Origin: a virus | Lineage: Duplodnaviria > Caudoviricetes | IMG/VR virus record: IMGVR_UViG_3300037484_000436 | Coordinates: 1-37,768 of that record | Direction: 5' to 3' (one strand) | Length of the DNA: 37,768 nucleotides | Shown here: one piece after another, positions 16,324-25,865 of the stretch | How positions within the stretch are numbered: the stretch's first letter is position 1 | Layout of the letters: each line of letters opens with the position of its first letter | Notes under the pieces: model-generated | What the model was told of the DNA's origin: nothing | What the model saw: the letters and a program-made list of their open reading frames with translations, nothing else | Databases searched by the model: none | Translations under genes and position numbers: made by a program

Positions 16324-18729
16324 TTACTGATTCGGTTCAATAACCGGGACTAATCCAAAATCCTCCAACAACATGGATTCGCTGACCGTATTATGAGCAA
16401 TTTTCAAACTGACGTGATATCCCGTCAGATCGAGATTAAAAAGATGCCTTCTCTGGGTCCGGTTAGTGACATCGGCGGCCTGGGAAAGAGTTTTGGCCGT
16501 TTGGGCGATGCTGTTAATATAAGGGGTCAGGGTGATATCCCCAGTCTGGGCCTTAATCCTCAAAAGCATTTCCCGGAGTGTAAAAACCAGACCTTGAAGA
16601 TCAACTTCCAGGGTGGCATAGGCATTTACCGCCGTTGAAACGTCATTGGTGCCTGTGTTCAGCAGGTAAACCAGACCATCGTCAATCCCACCCCCTACCT
16701 GGACTACCGGGACATTCCCACTTCCTGCTCCCATTTCAATAGCACAGGACAACTCCTGTCCAAGATTATCAAATCCCCAGGTTTTATCCACAAGGTCGAA
16801 AGCAAGGAACACGTTAGGGAGCGTTGCCGAAGAACCGGAAACAAGTCCGATTCGTATGCAGTTGTAGGTGCTATCGTAGGCCAGCCACATCTCTGATTCA
16901 TAACCCCTCCTGATGCATTCGGCCTTGGTTGGGTCGAAATAGTTCTGGATGTCGTCTGAGATCAGGGAACAGGTCAGACCGTCGCTTACGTATACGCCGT
17001 AGCGGGACAAGGCGAAGGCCAGAGTCTTGATCTCTTCGTCTGTGGCAGTAGAAGTTAATACACCATCCACAATCACTACACTCTTCGCATTCATCGCCCC
17101 CAGGCGAGAAGATAAAATAAGTTTCCCATACGTTATGGGGCTGTATCCCTCCAAAAGTGTTAAGCATCCCCCTTCCTCTCCTCTCTCTTCCTGCCAGACC
17201 ATTAATTCGTTATGGAATTTCTTCATGGCCGTGACTTTGTGCGCTCGTCCATCCCCCACCTGAATAATTCCATAGTCAGTGCCATTAAGGCCAGTGGGGT
17301 TATTTTGGGCCGTGAGATAGAGATAGTCGGGCCAGCGGTCGAAGCTGTACACCCCCCGGCCCTTCCAGGCGGCGTTACATTGGCCTATTCCCAACTCCGT
17401 GATATCGAACCAGGGGCGATATTGAATCCATATCGCCATCCCGGCTGTGAGGGTCTTATCCACTGTAATCTTGTACCAGTACATATAGACATTGGCGTTA
17501 TTGAGATTGAGGGGTTGTTCACTGGTGCTCCGGGCTATTCTGATCCACCCGGATTGCTTTAGGCCCCCGGTCCCATCTGTATAGCTCCCCACACTTACCC
17601 AGGCCGCCCCCGTCCAACGGGAGAAGGCGTTGATGGTGGTGGTGGCGGTGGCATTGGGTATTTGGCCGACATCAATAAAAACAGCCTCAATGGGATCGGC
17701 AGTGGCAAAGTACACCACATCGCTGCTGGTCACATCCCCCACCAAGATAGCTGCCCCTCCATAAGTCTGGTAGGTGGTAGTGCTGGCAATATATACTTGA
17801 GCCTCGATGGCATCCAGGAGCACCCCATTCCAGATATTAGAGAGACTTTGCACATTGGCGGTGTATTCACATTCGGCCACAGAGGTCCCGGCAGTCAGGG
17901 CGGCGCTGAAGGTGATTTTCAGCCAATAACCGCAACGCCCATACATATAATAGGGCAGGGCATCGGCGGGGGCTGTCCACTCTACCGTTCCGGTTTGGTG
18001 GAGGGTAGCCCCGGCCACCAGGGTATTATCGGTCTTGGTCAAAGCAGTCCAAGCCCCATTCCAGTAATTTACCGCCATGGTGGCGGTTGCCGCATTAACC
18101 GTCCCTCCCATGGTGAATTTCAATCCGGCGGGCACTAAGGGGCAGAAGACACACAGCGCATCTGTGGCATTGGTGCCGATGGTGCCCAAGGTGCCTACGT
18201 TGGCAGCAATAGCATCGCTTATTTCATCGCTATAATCTTCACCAATGCCCGGTACATCGGGCAATGCCGATGCACTCTTGTAGACCACGAACTTTCCGAC
18301 ATAGGCCAGCGTTCCCGGCCATAATTGGTGCTGGTCAATCCCATTACTGTGTAAAAGCATATCTCCAAGATTTGACCAGGCCCCCGGTTTCTGGCCGGCG
18401 CTGCCACTGAAAATTTCCGATCCGAAGGCCCCAGTGGTCACGGTAGGTGGTAGGGCCGTGGCATCATGGATATCCCCATCGCTCCATTGCGCCAGGAGGT
18501 GGTTCTCACTCCTCTTCCCCTTACTGAACCCGTAGAGGGAAAGAACCTTGTTGGTGCTGTCCGCTGTGGTATGAAGGGCCGCTTGCCCCTTCCTCTGCTC
18601 GAATCCGGGGTGTCGCTGCCTGATATTCTGAATCCAGGAATATTCGCCGGATTGAAGTTGACCGACTTCAAGAGCCGTCTTAGCCCCGCCTCTAAAGGGA
18701 ATGGCCTGCAAGGGGCCGTTGTTCATCAT
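16324..18729 (-). CDS. Tail nozzle / DNA-stabilisation protein (P22 gp10 / T7 gp12-like) with inserted domains
   Basis: 801 aa; F.GG, N.R and ..RKG N-terminal pattern; beta-propeller-like C-terminal half; directly after the adaptor. Confidence 0.7.
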   Translation of the reverse strand: MMNNGPLQAIPFRGGAKTALEVGQLQSGEYSWIQNIRQRHPGFEQRKGQAALHTTADSTNKVLSLYGFSKGKRSENHLLAQWSDGDIHDATALPPTVTTGAFGSEIFSGSAGQKPGAWSNLGDMLLHSNGIDQHQLWPGTLAYVGKFVVYKSASALPDVPGIGEDYSDEISDAIAANVGTLGTIGTNATDALCVFCPLVPAGLKFTMGGTVNAATATMAVNYWNGAWTALTKTDNTLVAGATLHQTGTVEWTAPADALPYYMYGRCGYWLKITFSAALTAGTSVAECEYTANVQSLSNIWNGVLLDAIEAQVYIASTTTYQTYGGAAILVGDVTSSDVVYFATADPIEAVFIDVGQIPNATATTTINAFSRWTGAAWVSVGSYTDGTGGLKQSGWIRIARSTSEQPLNLNNANVYMYWYKITVDKTLTAGMAIWIQYRPWFDITELGIGQCNAAWKGRGVYSFDRWPDYLYLTAQNNPTGLNGTDYGIIQVGDGRAHKVTAMKKFHNELMVWQEERGEEGGCLTLLEGYSPITYGKLILSSRLGAMNAKSVVIVDGVLTSTATDEEIKTLAFALSRYGVYVSDGLTCSLISDDIQNYFDPTKAECIRRGYESEMWLAYDSTYNCIRIGLVSGSSATLPNVFLAFDLVDKTWGFDNLGQELSCAIEMGAGSGNVPVVQVGGGIDDGLVYLLNTGTNDVSTAVNAYATLEVDLQGLVFTLREMLLRIKAQTGDITLTPYINSIAQTAKTLSQAADVTNRTQRRHLFNLDLTGYHVSLKIAHNTVSESMLLEDFGLVPVIEPNQ

Positions 18730-19556
18730 TGGAATAACTCCGCAATATCCTGATTGGTGTTAAAGGTTCCCAAAAGGCTGTTCAAAGTCTGATTCAAATC
18801 GTCGTCAAAACTGGCCAATTCAATCGGAGAAGGCAGTTCCCGGCTCTGGGGTGCCTGCTTCATCAGGATTAACGCTTTTCGGGAGATGAAGGGATGAAAG
18901 GCTTCGGGCAGTTGGGAAACCGTCCCGTAGTATTTAGAGGCCGCCCAGGTATTGGTCACTGTCGCCACTCGTGCCGCAGAATAATCACTGATGAGGTCCA
19001 CCGTGGCGTCGGTGATGTTCTCGATAATGACATTATTGTAATAATCGGCCAGGGCCTTAGATGTGGTGGCCAGGGTGGCGCTCAAGGCCCCTCCGGCAGA
19101 GGTCATGCCCTGGGTTAATTCCACGGGCCGGTAAACATAATAAAGGGTCATGACTTCGGTGAAGGATTCCTGATCGATATAGATTTGACCTCCCTGCCAA
19201 TAATAAAAATTAGGCGATCCGGTATAAACCGAAAAAGTGGTTCCATCTTTATCCTGAAGAGGTTTTTCGGTACACTTTAGGCCGTCGCTGTTTTCCAGCC
19301 TCCTGATTCTGTAGAAATCGGAAGGCATGGTCAGAACGGAAGAGGCGGGGGTGAGGGTGGTCTTTTTATAGAAAAGCTGAGGATCCCGGGCGATGAGAAT
19401 ATCAAATAAATACTTCTGGGCATCATTGATCTTGTTCATGATGTCATCATTGGCAAAGGCCCCTGTGGTATCTGTGGCCTGCATATAAGCCGTGGAATAT
19501 TCTTTTAACCCTCTCCGGACTTTTTCGAGTATCGCGTACGCATTTTCGTAGGTCAT
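18726..19556 (-). CDS. Head-tail adaptor (tail tubular protein A-like)
   Basis: VRRGL.E....F..DDI...INDAQ, MPSDF, GSP..YY and LPEAFH motifs. Confidence 0.75.
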   Translation of the reverse strand: MTYENAYAILEKVRRGLKEYSTAYMQATDTTGAFANDDIMNKINDAQKYLFDILIARDPQLFYKKTTLTPASSVLTMPSDFYRIRRLENSDGLKCTEKPLQDKDGTTFSVYTGSPNFYYWQGGQIYIDQESFTEVMTLYYVYRPVELTQGMTSAGGALSATLATTSKALADYYNNVIIENITDATVDLISDYSAARVATVTNTWAASKYYGTVSQLPEAFHPFISRKALILMKQAPQSRELPSPIELASFDDDLNQTLNSLLGTFNTNQDIAELFQ

Positions 19557-19562
19557 TTCCCT

Positions 19563-20087
19563 CTATTTCCTTTGCTGTGAAACAGGCTCCTTTTTTACTT
19601 CAGCCTCCGGTTTGGTTTGCAGGGCCAGTAATTGCTTAACCTGATCCATCAAATCATTGATGCTACCCTTCAATGACTTGTTCTCGCTTTCCAGAACGGC
19701 CATGCGTTCGTTTTCCTTATCTCTGGTGGCATAAGGCTCATCCAGGGTGATCCCAAGCTCGGCAGCGTATTTGCGGACGGCTGGCGTGGGTTCCATATAG
19801 GACATCCCCTGTTGCTTCCTGACCACATTCCGGTGATTATGCTGCATGACCATGTTTTTCTTGAAGGCCAGGTTTCGTCTTATTCCGTCCTCGGTCGTCT
19901 TTGTCAGATAATCGGAATCTTCGCTGAATTCCAGGACCGCTATTCCTCTGGCGGTAAATCCGTTCAGCAGGTGCCGGCCACAGGCATCATCGACCTTCAT
20001 CTTCTCCCCATGATTCAGGAACAAAGATTTACCTCCGAACATCATTTCAAAATCTTCATTGGTTGGATTAAACAGTACAATACTCAT
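19563..20087 (-). CDS. Hypothetical head-region protein with C-terminal coiled coil
   Basis: AAGGA SD; intact 174-aa ORF. Confidence 0.7.
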   Translation of the reverse strand: MSIVLFNPTNEDFEMMFGGKSLFLNHGEKMKVDDACGRHLLNGFTARGIAVLEFSEDSDYLTKTTEDGIRRNLAFKKNMVMQHNHRNVVRKQQGMSYMEPTPAVRKYAAELGITLDEPYATRDKENERMAVLESENKSLKGSINDLMDQVKQLLALQTKPEAEVKKEPVSQQRK

Positions 20088-21840
20088 GGTTCATTCCTTT
20101 CGTCGGATTCATCAAAGAAAGGTCTATGTCCTTATCTCGGATGCCTCCCATTATATTGTTTACTGCATCTATAACCTCCCGAGGATCGGGGAGGTAATAT
20201 TCGATTGGCCTTTTCAGCCGGGCGATTGATTCGGCCTCCACATTCGATGGCCGAAACTGATAATCTTCAAAAGCGGCGTTCTTATAAAGCGCTGCGGCCT
20301 TATACCAGGTCGATCCATGCCGGTAGGGTAAAACGTGCTCAGGGTTCTTGTTGGTTGGGATCAGAATGATCCAGTTATCGAAGGCCCCGGCAATATGGAT
20401 CGGCGCTGATTCGTTGGAGATCAGGATCGGGGAATCCCTGATCAGGGCCATGAGGCCCAGGGTGGAAAGTTTATCGCGGAAGTCGATTCCACTTTGGGGA
20501 CATTTGACGCCTAAATAAGAATGCTCGGCCCCATGGGTGATCCCAGCTTTTTGAAGATCCCGGCCTATAATCCCCACCTTAAAGTCTGCTGTGGTCAGAC
20601 CATCAATAACGGCCTGCCACCATTCCACCGGGAAGGTCTTGCTTTCCCAGCCGGTTCCTGGATGAACCAGAATGAGATTTCCATCATAAATATCCGGGCA
20701 AATACTCCATACCTTTCCCACTTCTCTTTGTGCATTCGGATTATAGGGTAGCTCTCCTTGTTTATGCATAGGTAATTTGATCTGTTTATCCTTGGCCGGT
20801 AGGATGCGTTTTAAGGTCGTCAGACTGATGTAATCAACCGGATGGCTCAAATTGTAGATCATGTTCTGATGGTGGGCTTTGGTCTGATCCGGATGCAAAT
20901 CCATCCGGTAGACCGCATCCACCTCTTCTGTGGGCACTTCCTTGCTCACTTTGATATCGGAAATATGGCTGAAAAGTTCCGGATAAGTTGAAATGGCGTA
21001 AATATCGGCATCCGGATAAAGCTTTTCCCTGATATATCTTACAACTGGCTCGGCGCAAACCTGATCCCCCAGACCGCCTCCGATATTCAAAAACAAAGTG
21101 GGGCGATTGAACTTGGAGTAATCAAAGGTTTCCCTTTCGCGGTCAGGGGCGATGATGTAATTTACCGTCTTGCATTCTTCCCAGCGATCCAGATCGTCTT
21201 GGATAATTCCCAGGATATCCTCCCCGCCATATCCCGCATAATGGACAAAATAAGAGGCCAGACGACTAACCCCAGTCAGGGAGTCCAGAATAGACATTCG
21301 ATTGAAATGATGGCTAAGTTCTTTGACCTTAATTTTCCTTTGTTGAATTCTAAGGTTTAAGAAGGTCTGTTCCCCAAAAGAATACTTTTGTTTCAGGATT
21401 CCCTCCGGGTCATTAAATAAAGACCTCTGGTCCTGTGAAACGACCATGACCCCAGTATTGAAATAGCTGACCTTATCCCAGTCGGGAAGATCGACTTTAT
21501 AAACACGCTTGGCTTCGAACAGGGCTACGGCCCTGGGAGAGAACCGGCCCTCATTGAAAACTCCCAGTTTATCTTCGGGAACTATTTCAAAAATATCCGG
21601 GGCATCCCTACGGATGATGATATCGGCATCGATCCAGGCCGCCCGCTTATACATCTTGTGCAGGATGCCGTGAAGAGCGAATTTGACCCAGTGGGGCGTA
21701 GTCGGGTGCGGATTTTTGGAAAGCACAATCATATCGGCATTGATCCGATCAGTATAAGCCTCAATAGTAGGGCCGGTGATTTTCCAGATGGCCTCGTACT
21801 TTTCGCCGATAACTGAGGTGACTATGATGTTATTTCTCAT
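20068..21840 (-). CDS. Two-domain glycosyltransferase: GT8-like (GT-A) + GT9/heptosyltransferase-like (GT-B)
   Basis: WIDADII (DxD), YFNTGVMV, EQTFLN, HYAG; then GGLGDQV, HPG..SKTFP..WW, ISNESAPIHIAGAF. Confidence 0.88.
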   Translation of the reverse strand: MRNNIIVTSVIGEKYEAIWKITGPTIEAYTDRINADMIVLSKNPHPTTPHWVKFALHGILHKMYKRAAWIDADIIIRRDAPDIFEIVPEDKLGVFNEGRFSPRAVALFEAKRVYKVDLPDWDKVSYFNTGVMVVSQDQRSLFNDPEGILKQKYSFGEQTFLNLRIQQRKIKVKELSHHFNRMSILDSLTGVSRLASYFVHYAGYGGEDILGIIQDDLDRWEECKTVNYIIAPDRERETFDYSKFNRPTLFLNIGGGLGDQVCAEPVVRYIREKLYPDADIYAISTYPELFSHISDIKVSKEVPTEEVDAVYRMDLHPDQTKAHHQNMIYNLSHPVDYISLTTLKRILPAKDKQIKLPMHKQGELPYNPNAQREVGKVWSICPDIYDGNLILVHPGTGWESKTFPVEWWQAVIDGLTTADFKVGIIGRDLQKAGITHGAEHSYLGVKCPQSGIDFRDKLSTLGLMALIRDSPILISNESAPIHIAGAFDNWIILIPTNKNPEHVLPYRHGSTWYKAAALYKNAAFEDYQFRPSNVEAESIARLKRPIEYYLPDPREVIDAVNNIMGGIRDKDIDLSLMNPTKGMNHEYCTV

Positions 21841-22301
21841 GGGATTAAAATCCCCCGCCTCTTAGGTGTGATCCTTCTGAAAGTCGCATTATTCTTACCT
21901 GCTCCGACCGCATTGGCAAAGACCCGCATGAGTTGAATCTTCCCATCCTTGGTACGGTCCCTCATTTCCTCCTTAATCAGGCGATCCCGGCGATGCTTGG
22001 TCTTCTCCATGTGAGCCAGAACCAGGTTAAATCGTTCCTTCGGCCCCAGGCGCTCCAAGTCACTTTCCCGGATAATCTCCAATTCGCGCCGGTCCGGTTG
22101 TCTGAATTCTTCTCCTTTTTCGCTAACCACTTTCCATATATTCACAGTCCCGTATTTCTCAGTATGGAAGGTAATGACAAAGTGCTGACCATTGAACTTG
22201 CAACCCAGGCGCTTATCGATCATCTTCAGTTGGCGCATAAAGGACCGGTCGGGCCTGACATCCTCGATGTGCTCTGTTTTTTCCTCCGGTTTTAATACCA
22301 C
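21837..22301 (-). CDS. Hypothetical protein
   Basis: GGAGG SD, GTG start; ATGA overlap with the glycosyltransferase. Confidence 0.7.
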   Translation of the reverse strand: MVLKPEEKTEHIEDVRPDRSFMRQLKMIDKRLGCKFNGQHFVITFHTEKYGTVNIWKVVSEKGEEFRQPDRRELEIIRESDLERLGPKERFNLVLAHMEKTKHRRDRLIKEEMRDRTKDGKIQLMRVFANAVGAGKNNATFRRITPKRRGILIP

Positions 22302-22318
22302 TTTATCCTCCGCTTAAA

Positions 22319-22513
22319 TCACTTTCCCACCTTATTGCCCTTTTTGGTTTCGGCCTTGACAGGTTTTTTGTACGGCTCACCTATCTGCGGTTTCTCAAAC
22401 TCCGCTGCCGGAGAGCTGGCGGGCAGGATCACTTGCTTACCTGCTCCGCATTGCGGGCAGAATTCCTCCATGGTGTCTCTTGGCTCTCCACAAGACCAGC
22501 ATTGTATTTTCAT
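22319..22513 (-). CDS. Small zinc-ribbon protein (CWSC...CPQC)
   Basis: GAGGAGG SD before ATG 22513. Confidence 0.7.
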   Translation of the reverse strand: MKIQCWSCGEPRDTMEEFCPQCGAGKQVILPASSPAAEFEKPQIGEPYKKPVKAETKKGNKVGK

Positions 22514-22535
22514 AAACCCTCCTCTTGGGATGACA

Positions 22536-22553
22536 GGGGGGATTTCTCCCCCC
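22536..22553 (-). other. Intercistronic GNRA hairpin
   Basis: GGGGGGA-GAAA-TCCCCCC, no U tract. Confidence 0.65.
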
Positions 22554-22563
22554 CTTTTATGGT

Positions 22564-23151
22564 TTAGGCGTCGATTTCTTCCCAAACAAAATGGAAGATC
22601 AGAGAGGCCGTACCGCCAATGCTGTGGTAGGTCATAACGGACCTTCCGGGGGCTAAGACAATTCCCCCATTGATCTGGTAAAGGTTGACGTTATTTTCAA
22701 CAACCGTGGTAATAGCCCCTTCCATTGTTGATCCACAGACCCTTAATAGGATCGGGGTGGCGATGGTAGCCCCATCATCGCAGTAGGCCACGGAGGTCTT
22801 GTAACCATCACGGGCGCACTTGGCGGTCAGGGCAGCGGCAAATCCTGAATCGGTACTGGTCATCAACCCAACCACACCTTCAGCCGGGTTGACGATATCC
22901 GAACTCCATCCGAATTCATGCATAACCAGGAGCTTACCGCTCCCGGTGGGGTTGGCTACTCCCAGCCCGGTCCAGGTGGTGGCTAGGTTGGCGGTCACGG
23001 CCACTTTAGCCTGATTGGCCACGGAGAACAACCTGCCCTCCAGAGCGGCCTCAGCCAAGTCACTAACCACCACCAGCCTGCCGGTTTGATCCAATCTCAG
23101 CGGACCAATACTTCCCGCTGATAAATTCTGTACTCCCTTTTTACCGTACAT
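22564..23151 (-). CDS. Putative capsid decoration / minor virion protein
   Basis: Beta-rich; NPTGSGK.LV and C-terminal FVWEE motifs; downstream of the capsid gene. Confidence 0.6.
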   Translation of the reverse strand: MYGKKGVQNLSAGSIGPLRLDQTGRLVVVSDLAEAALEGRLFSVANQAKVAVTANLATTWTGLGVANPTGSGKLLVMHEFGWSSDIVNPAEGVVGLMTSTDSGFAAALTAKCARDGYKTSVAYCDDGATIATPILLRVCGSTMEGAITTVVENNVNLYQINGGIVLAPGRSVMTYHSIGGTASLIFHFVWEEIDA

Positions 23152-23179
23152 AGTCCTTTCTCCCTTCTCGTTATTCTGC

Positions 23180-23380
23180 CTACAGTAATCCTTCCCCTGT
23201 AGGGATAAAGGTCCACATGTTGTTATGCATCACCCACCGTTCGTGGGTGAGGACGGGATAGAAGGCGCTATCCATCACTTCCAGCACAGCCCCCTCGGGT
23301 CCAAACACTTTATCCTCACCCCACAGACCGGTAAAGGTCATGGGCGAACCTTGTACCGGGATAGTCTTTTTAGTTTCCAT
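23180..23380 (-). CDS. Hypothetical small (possibly virion) protein
   Basis: GGAG SD; packed in the head operon. Confidence 0.6.
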   Translation of the reverse strand: METKKTIPVQGSPMTFTGLWGEDKVFGPEGAVLEVMDSAFYPVLTHERWVMHNNMWTFIPTGEGLL

Positions 23381-23400
23381 AGATCACTCCACTCCAAGAA

Positions 23401-23421
23401 GGCGGGGAATTTCACCCCGCC
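23401..23421 (-). other. Intercistronic hairpin
   Basis: GGCGGGG-TGAAATT-CCCCGCC followed by TTCTT. Confidence 0.6.
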
Positions 23422-23434
23422 CCGGGTTAAATGG

Positions 23435-24445
23435 TTAAGCGGTGTGGATCGGGGTTTGAGCAATACCCAGGTACAGCTTATCATTAAGGGCCGATCCATC
23501 CGGAGAGGCCCCGGCTGCGCCCCAAATAACCTCAGCGTTTCTGGCATCGGCCACAATGTCCGTGACCCCGGAGAAAGTACATCGGTTATCGAAGTACAGT
23601 TTCCGGCTGGTATTAGCAGCCTTGTTGATGGCCAGGGTTAAGGCCGTTCCCTGATGCAGGAACTGGCAATTCAGGAAAATGGCGGTGTAGTCCACCACCG
23701 TATCCGTGGTCAAGTCGTCAATAAAATAGGCCGTGGCTTGGCCCCCACCACTCCGGCTTCGGAATAGGCAGTTCTCGAAAATGTTCCAGGCTCCTGTTCC
23801 TGTAGAAAACTCCAGGACGGTATTGGCCGCGCTCCGGTCAACATCGTTGACGCTGCCAAAGATGCAGTTTTTAAAATAGTTGTGAGACCCGCTGACAATG
23901 ACTCCGTTGTAGTTGGCGCTGCCGGCCTGGGTGGCGTTATTGGGTCCGGCGAAAGCGCAATTCTCGAAGCGATTACCCGCCCCGCTGACCGTGATGCATG
24001 TTACATCACTGGCCCCGCCAGTAGCGGCCCCGTGCATCCAGCGCAGGTTCTTGAAAAGATTCTGATCTCCGCTGGCGGTCATGAAGTTGGCCATAGTATA
24101 GCCGCTGTGGCTGAATCTGGCCCGGCTGTACCCGGCCAGCCCTGCAGGATCCATGCCCAACATATGAGTATTGGATTTATCCCAGGTCAGGGCGGCGATC
24201 CAGGCATGAGACCCCGGAGTGACCAAAAGAACATCGTTCCGGCCACTGACCAGGGCATCTTCTGCCGCTACAATGCCAGTATGGAGATTGGATTCAATGA
24301 TCTTATCCCTGAAAAAGTTGTGAGCGTTTCCGCTTCCGGGGGTGAGCATCCTGATTTCTCCGGCTGGCGCAAAGCCCAACTGAGAGATCACGAAATGAGT
24401 CATTAATTGCTGAGTGTCCAGGATTGATTTTCGTCTGAATAACAT
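23435..24445 (-). CDS. Beta-helix-like virion protein (putative capsid decoration)
   Basis: Repeated N.F.NC.F strands (NLFKNLRW, NRFENCAF, NYFKNCIF, NIFENCLF, FLNCQF); immediately after the capsid gene. Confidence 0.65.
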   Translation of the reverse strand: MLFRRKSILDTQQLMTHFVISQLGFAPAGEIRMLTPGSGNAHNFFRDKIIESNLHTGIVAAEDALVSGRNDVLLVTPGSHAWIAALTWDKSNTHMLGMDPAGLAGYSRARFSHSGYTMANFMTASGDQNLFKNLRWMHGAATGGASDVTCITVSGAGNRFENCAFAGPNNATQAGSANYNGVIVSGSHNYFKNCIFGSVNDVDRSAANTVLEFSTGTGAWNIFENCLFRSRSGGGQATAYFIDDLTTDTVVDYTAIFLNCQFLHQGTALTLAINKAANTSRKLYFDNRCTFSGVTDIVADARNAEVIWGAAGASPDGSALNDKLYLGIAQTPIHTA

Positions 24446-24469
24446 GATTTTTCTCCTCGTAGTGTTACC

Positions 24470-24489
24470 CCCGGCCCCGAAGGGCCGGG
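24470..24489 (-). other. cUUCGg hairpin after the major capsid gene
   Basis: CCCGGCCC-TTCG-GGGCCGGG, no U tract. Confidence 0.75.
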
Positions 24490-24510
24490 ATACTGGTTTA
24501 AGATTAAGGG

Positions 24511-25836
24511 TTAGGCAGTGTAGAGACTGGGTTCCGTCAGTTCGGTAATCTTGGTCAGGCCATTTCTCTGCTCACATCCCAGGTTGGTGTACAGGCGGAG
24601 AAACAGATCCCATTCGTCGTAGCCGGATCGGCGATGCATTTGAGAACCATCAAGATTTCCCCATCCCAAAGGGGTCAATTCATATTTCTTGATTGTTCCT
24701 TTGGTATAGAAATACATCTTGTTGGGCTGGGCCATGGGGTCAACGTTAATGGTTACTGATCCATCTCCTCCGGCGAAGCTCAATCGGGTATAACCGCCCC
24801 GGAGAACTTCGGGTGCAAACTGCACATGGGGCAGCAGGAGATTGGCGTATTTACGGCGCTGTCCGAGGCCACAGATTATGTCCGTGACCTTGGTCCCACC
24901 CCTGATCCTGCTCAGATCGCAGGCATTGAGCATCAGATCAAGTTCCAGTTCCCGGTTGACTCCGCCATTGGTCATGAGATTGGCGGCCCATTTGGGATTC
25001 GTGGCCACGGTTATATTCTCGAAGCTGGCCAATAAAGTGGCATCATCGAAAATGCCCTCAATGCCGGTAATGTCCGAAGGGGTGTCAGTGGTGACATGGG
25101 CGGGCAGTCTGGACCCCATTTTGACGAAGATGGAGCTTACGGCGATCGCTGCGGTACTATTGGTATAAGCCGCGATCGTCGCATTGGGATGGTTGGTTTT
25201 GTAGGTCGTCCCCGAGGCTTCAAAAACCACAACCTTGGTGCTGGGGGTGATATGGAGGATTCTCTGGGCGACGCAGGTCGTTGAGGCGGTGGCCCCGGTG
25301 CTGTCGAACCAGTCGCCCAACATACCTTCCATGAGATAGGTGATCCCCAGGTCATTATTGAAGGTCACGGCGTAGGTGGCTGAAGTTGAAGGCGCGAAAG
25401 AGGCCGAACAAACACCCACTTTCCCGAATCCATCCCCATGGGCCATACGGTTGGCCTCATTTTTGACGCTCTGGAGAATGTCTTCCATTTCATCGGCCAG
25501 GGAGTCCACAAAACTGGCGGTGTCCCCTTTGGCCGCAGAGATGGCTGGGCCGGTCAAACGGATGGTCCCGTAGATATAGGCCGGGTTTATTTTCCCCTGG
25601 TCCTTCTGCCCGGTAAAGGGATCGGGCAGTTTGGCACTCTCTAACCGGCCTCCGGTTGATTGAGTCCGGGCATAGCGCAAACCGAAAACATAACCTAAGC
25701 CCTTTGGTTTGCGGTCTGATTTTGGAAATTCATTATAGGTGATCTCTGAATCATCGAACTGATTCTGGAGACCTTCCCCGTATTCGTACTGAAGACTCTC
25801 GATAATAGAGTCTAAGGCGGCATAAGCGGTGGTCAT
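24511..25836 (-). CDS. Major capsid protein (HK97 fold)
   Basis: 441 aa after the scaffold; E...LP, ITG.AI.A, GDG.G and GIEGI patterns; followed by a stable hairpin. Confidence 0.88.
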   Translation of the reverse strand: MTTAYAALDSIIESLQYEYGEGLQNQFDDSEITYNEFPKSDRKPKGLGYVFGLRYARTQSTGGRLESAKLPDPFTGQKDQGKINPAYIYGTIRLTGPAISAAKGDTASFVDSLADEMEDILQSVKNEANRMAHGDGFGKVGVCSASFAPSTSATYAVTFNNDLGITYLMEGMLGDWFDSTGATASTTCVAQRILHITPSTKVVVFEASGTTYKTNHPNATIAAYTNSTAAIAVSSIFVKMGSRLPAHVTTDTPSDITGIEGIFDDATLLASFENITVATNPKWAANLMTNGGVNRELELDLMLNACDLSRIRGGTKVTDIICGLGQRRKYANLLLPHVQFAPEVLRGGYTRLSFAGGDGSVTINVDPMAQPNKMYFYTKGTIKKYELTPLGWGNLDGSQMHRRSGYDEWDLFLRLYTNLGCEQRNGLTKITELTEPSLYTA

Positions 25837-25865
25837 TGATTTTTATCCTTTCCTGAGCGCCAGGG

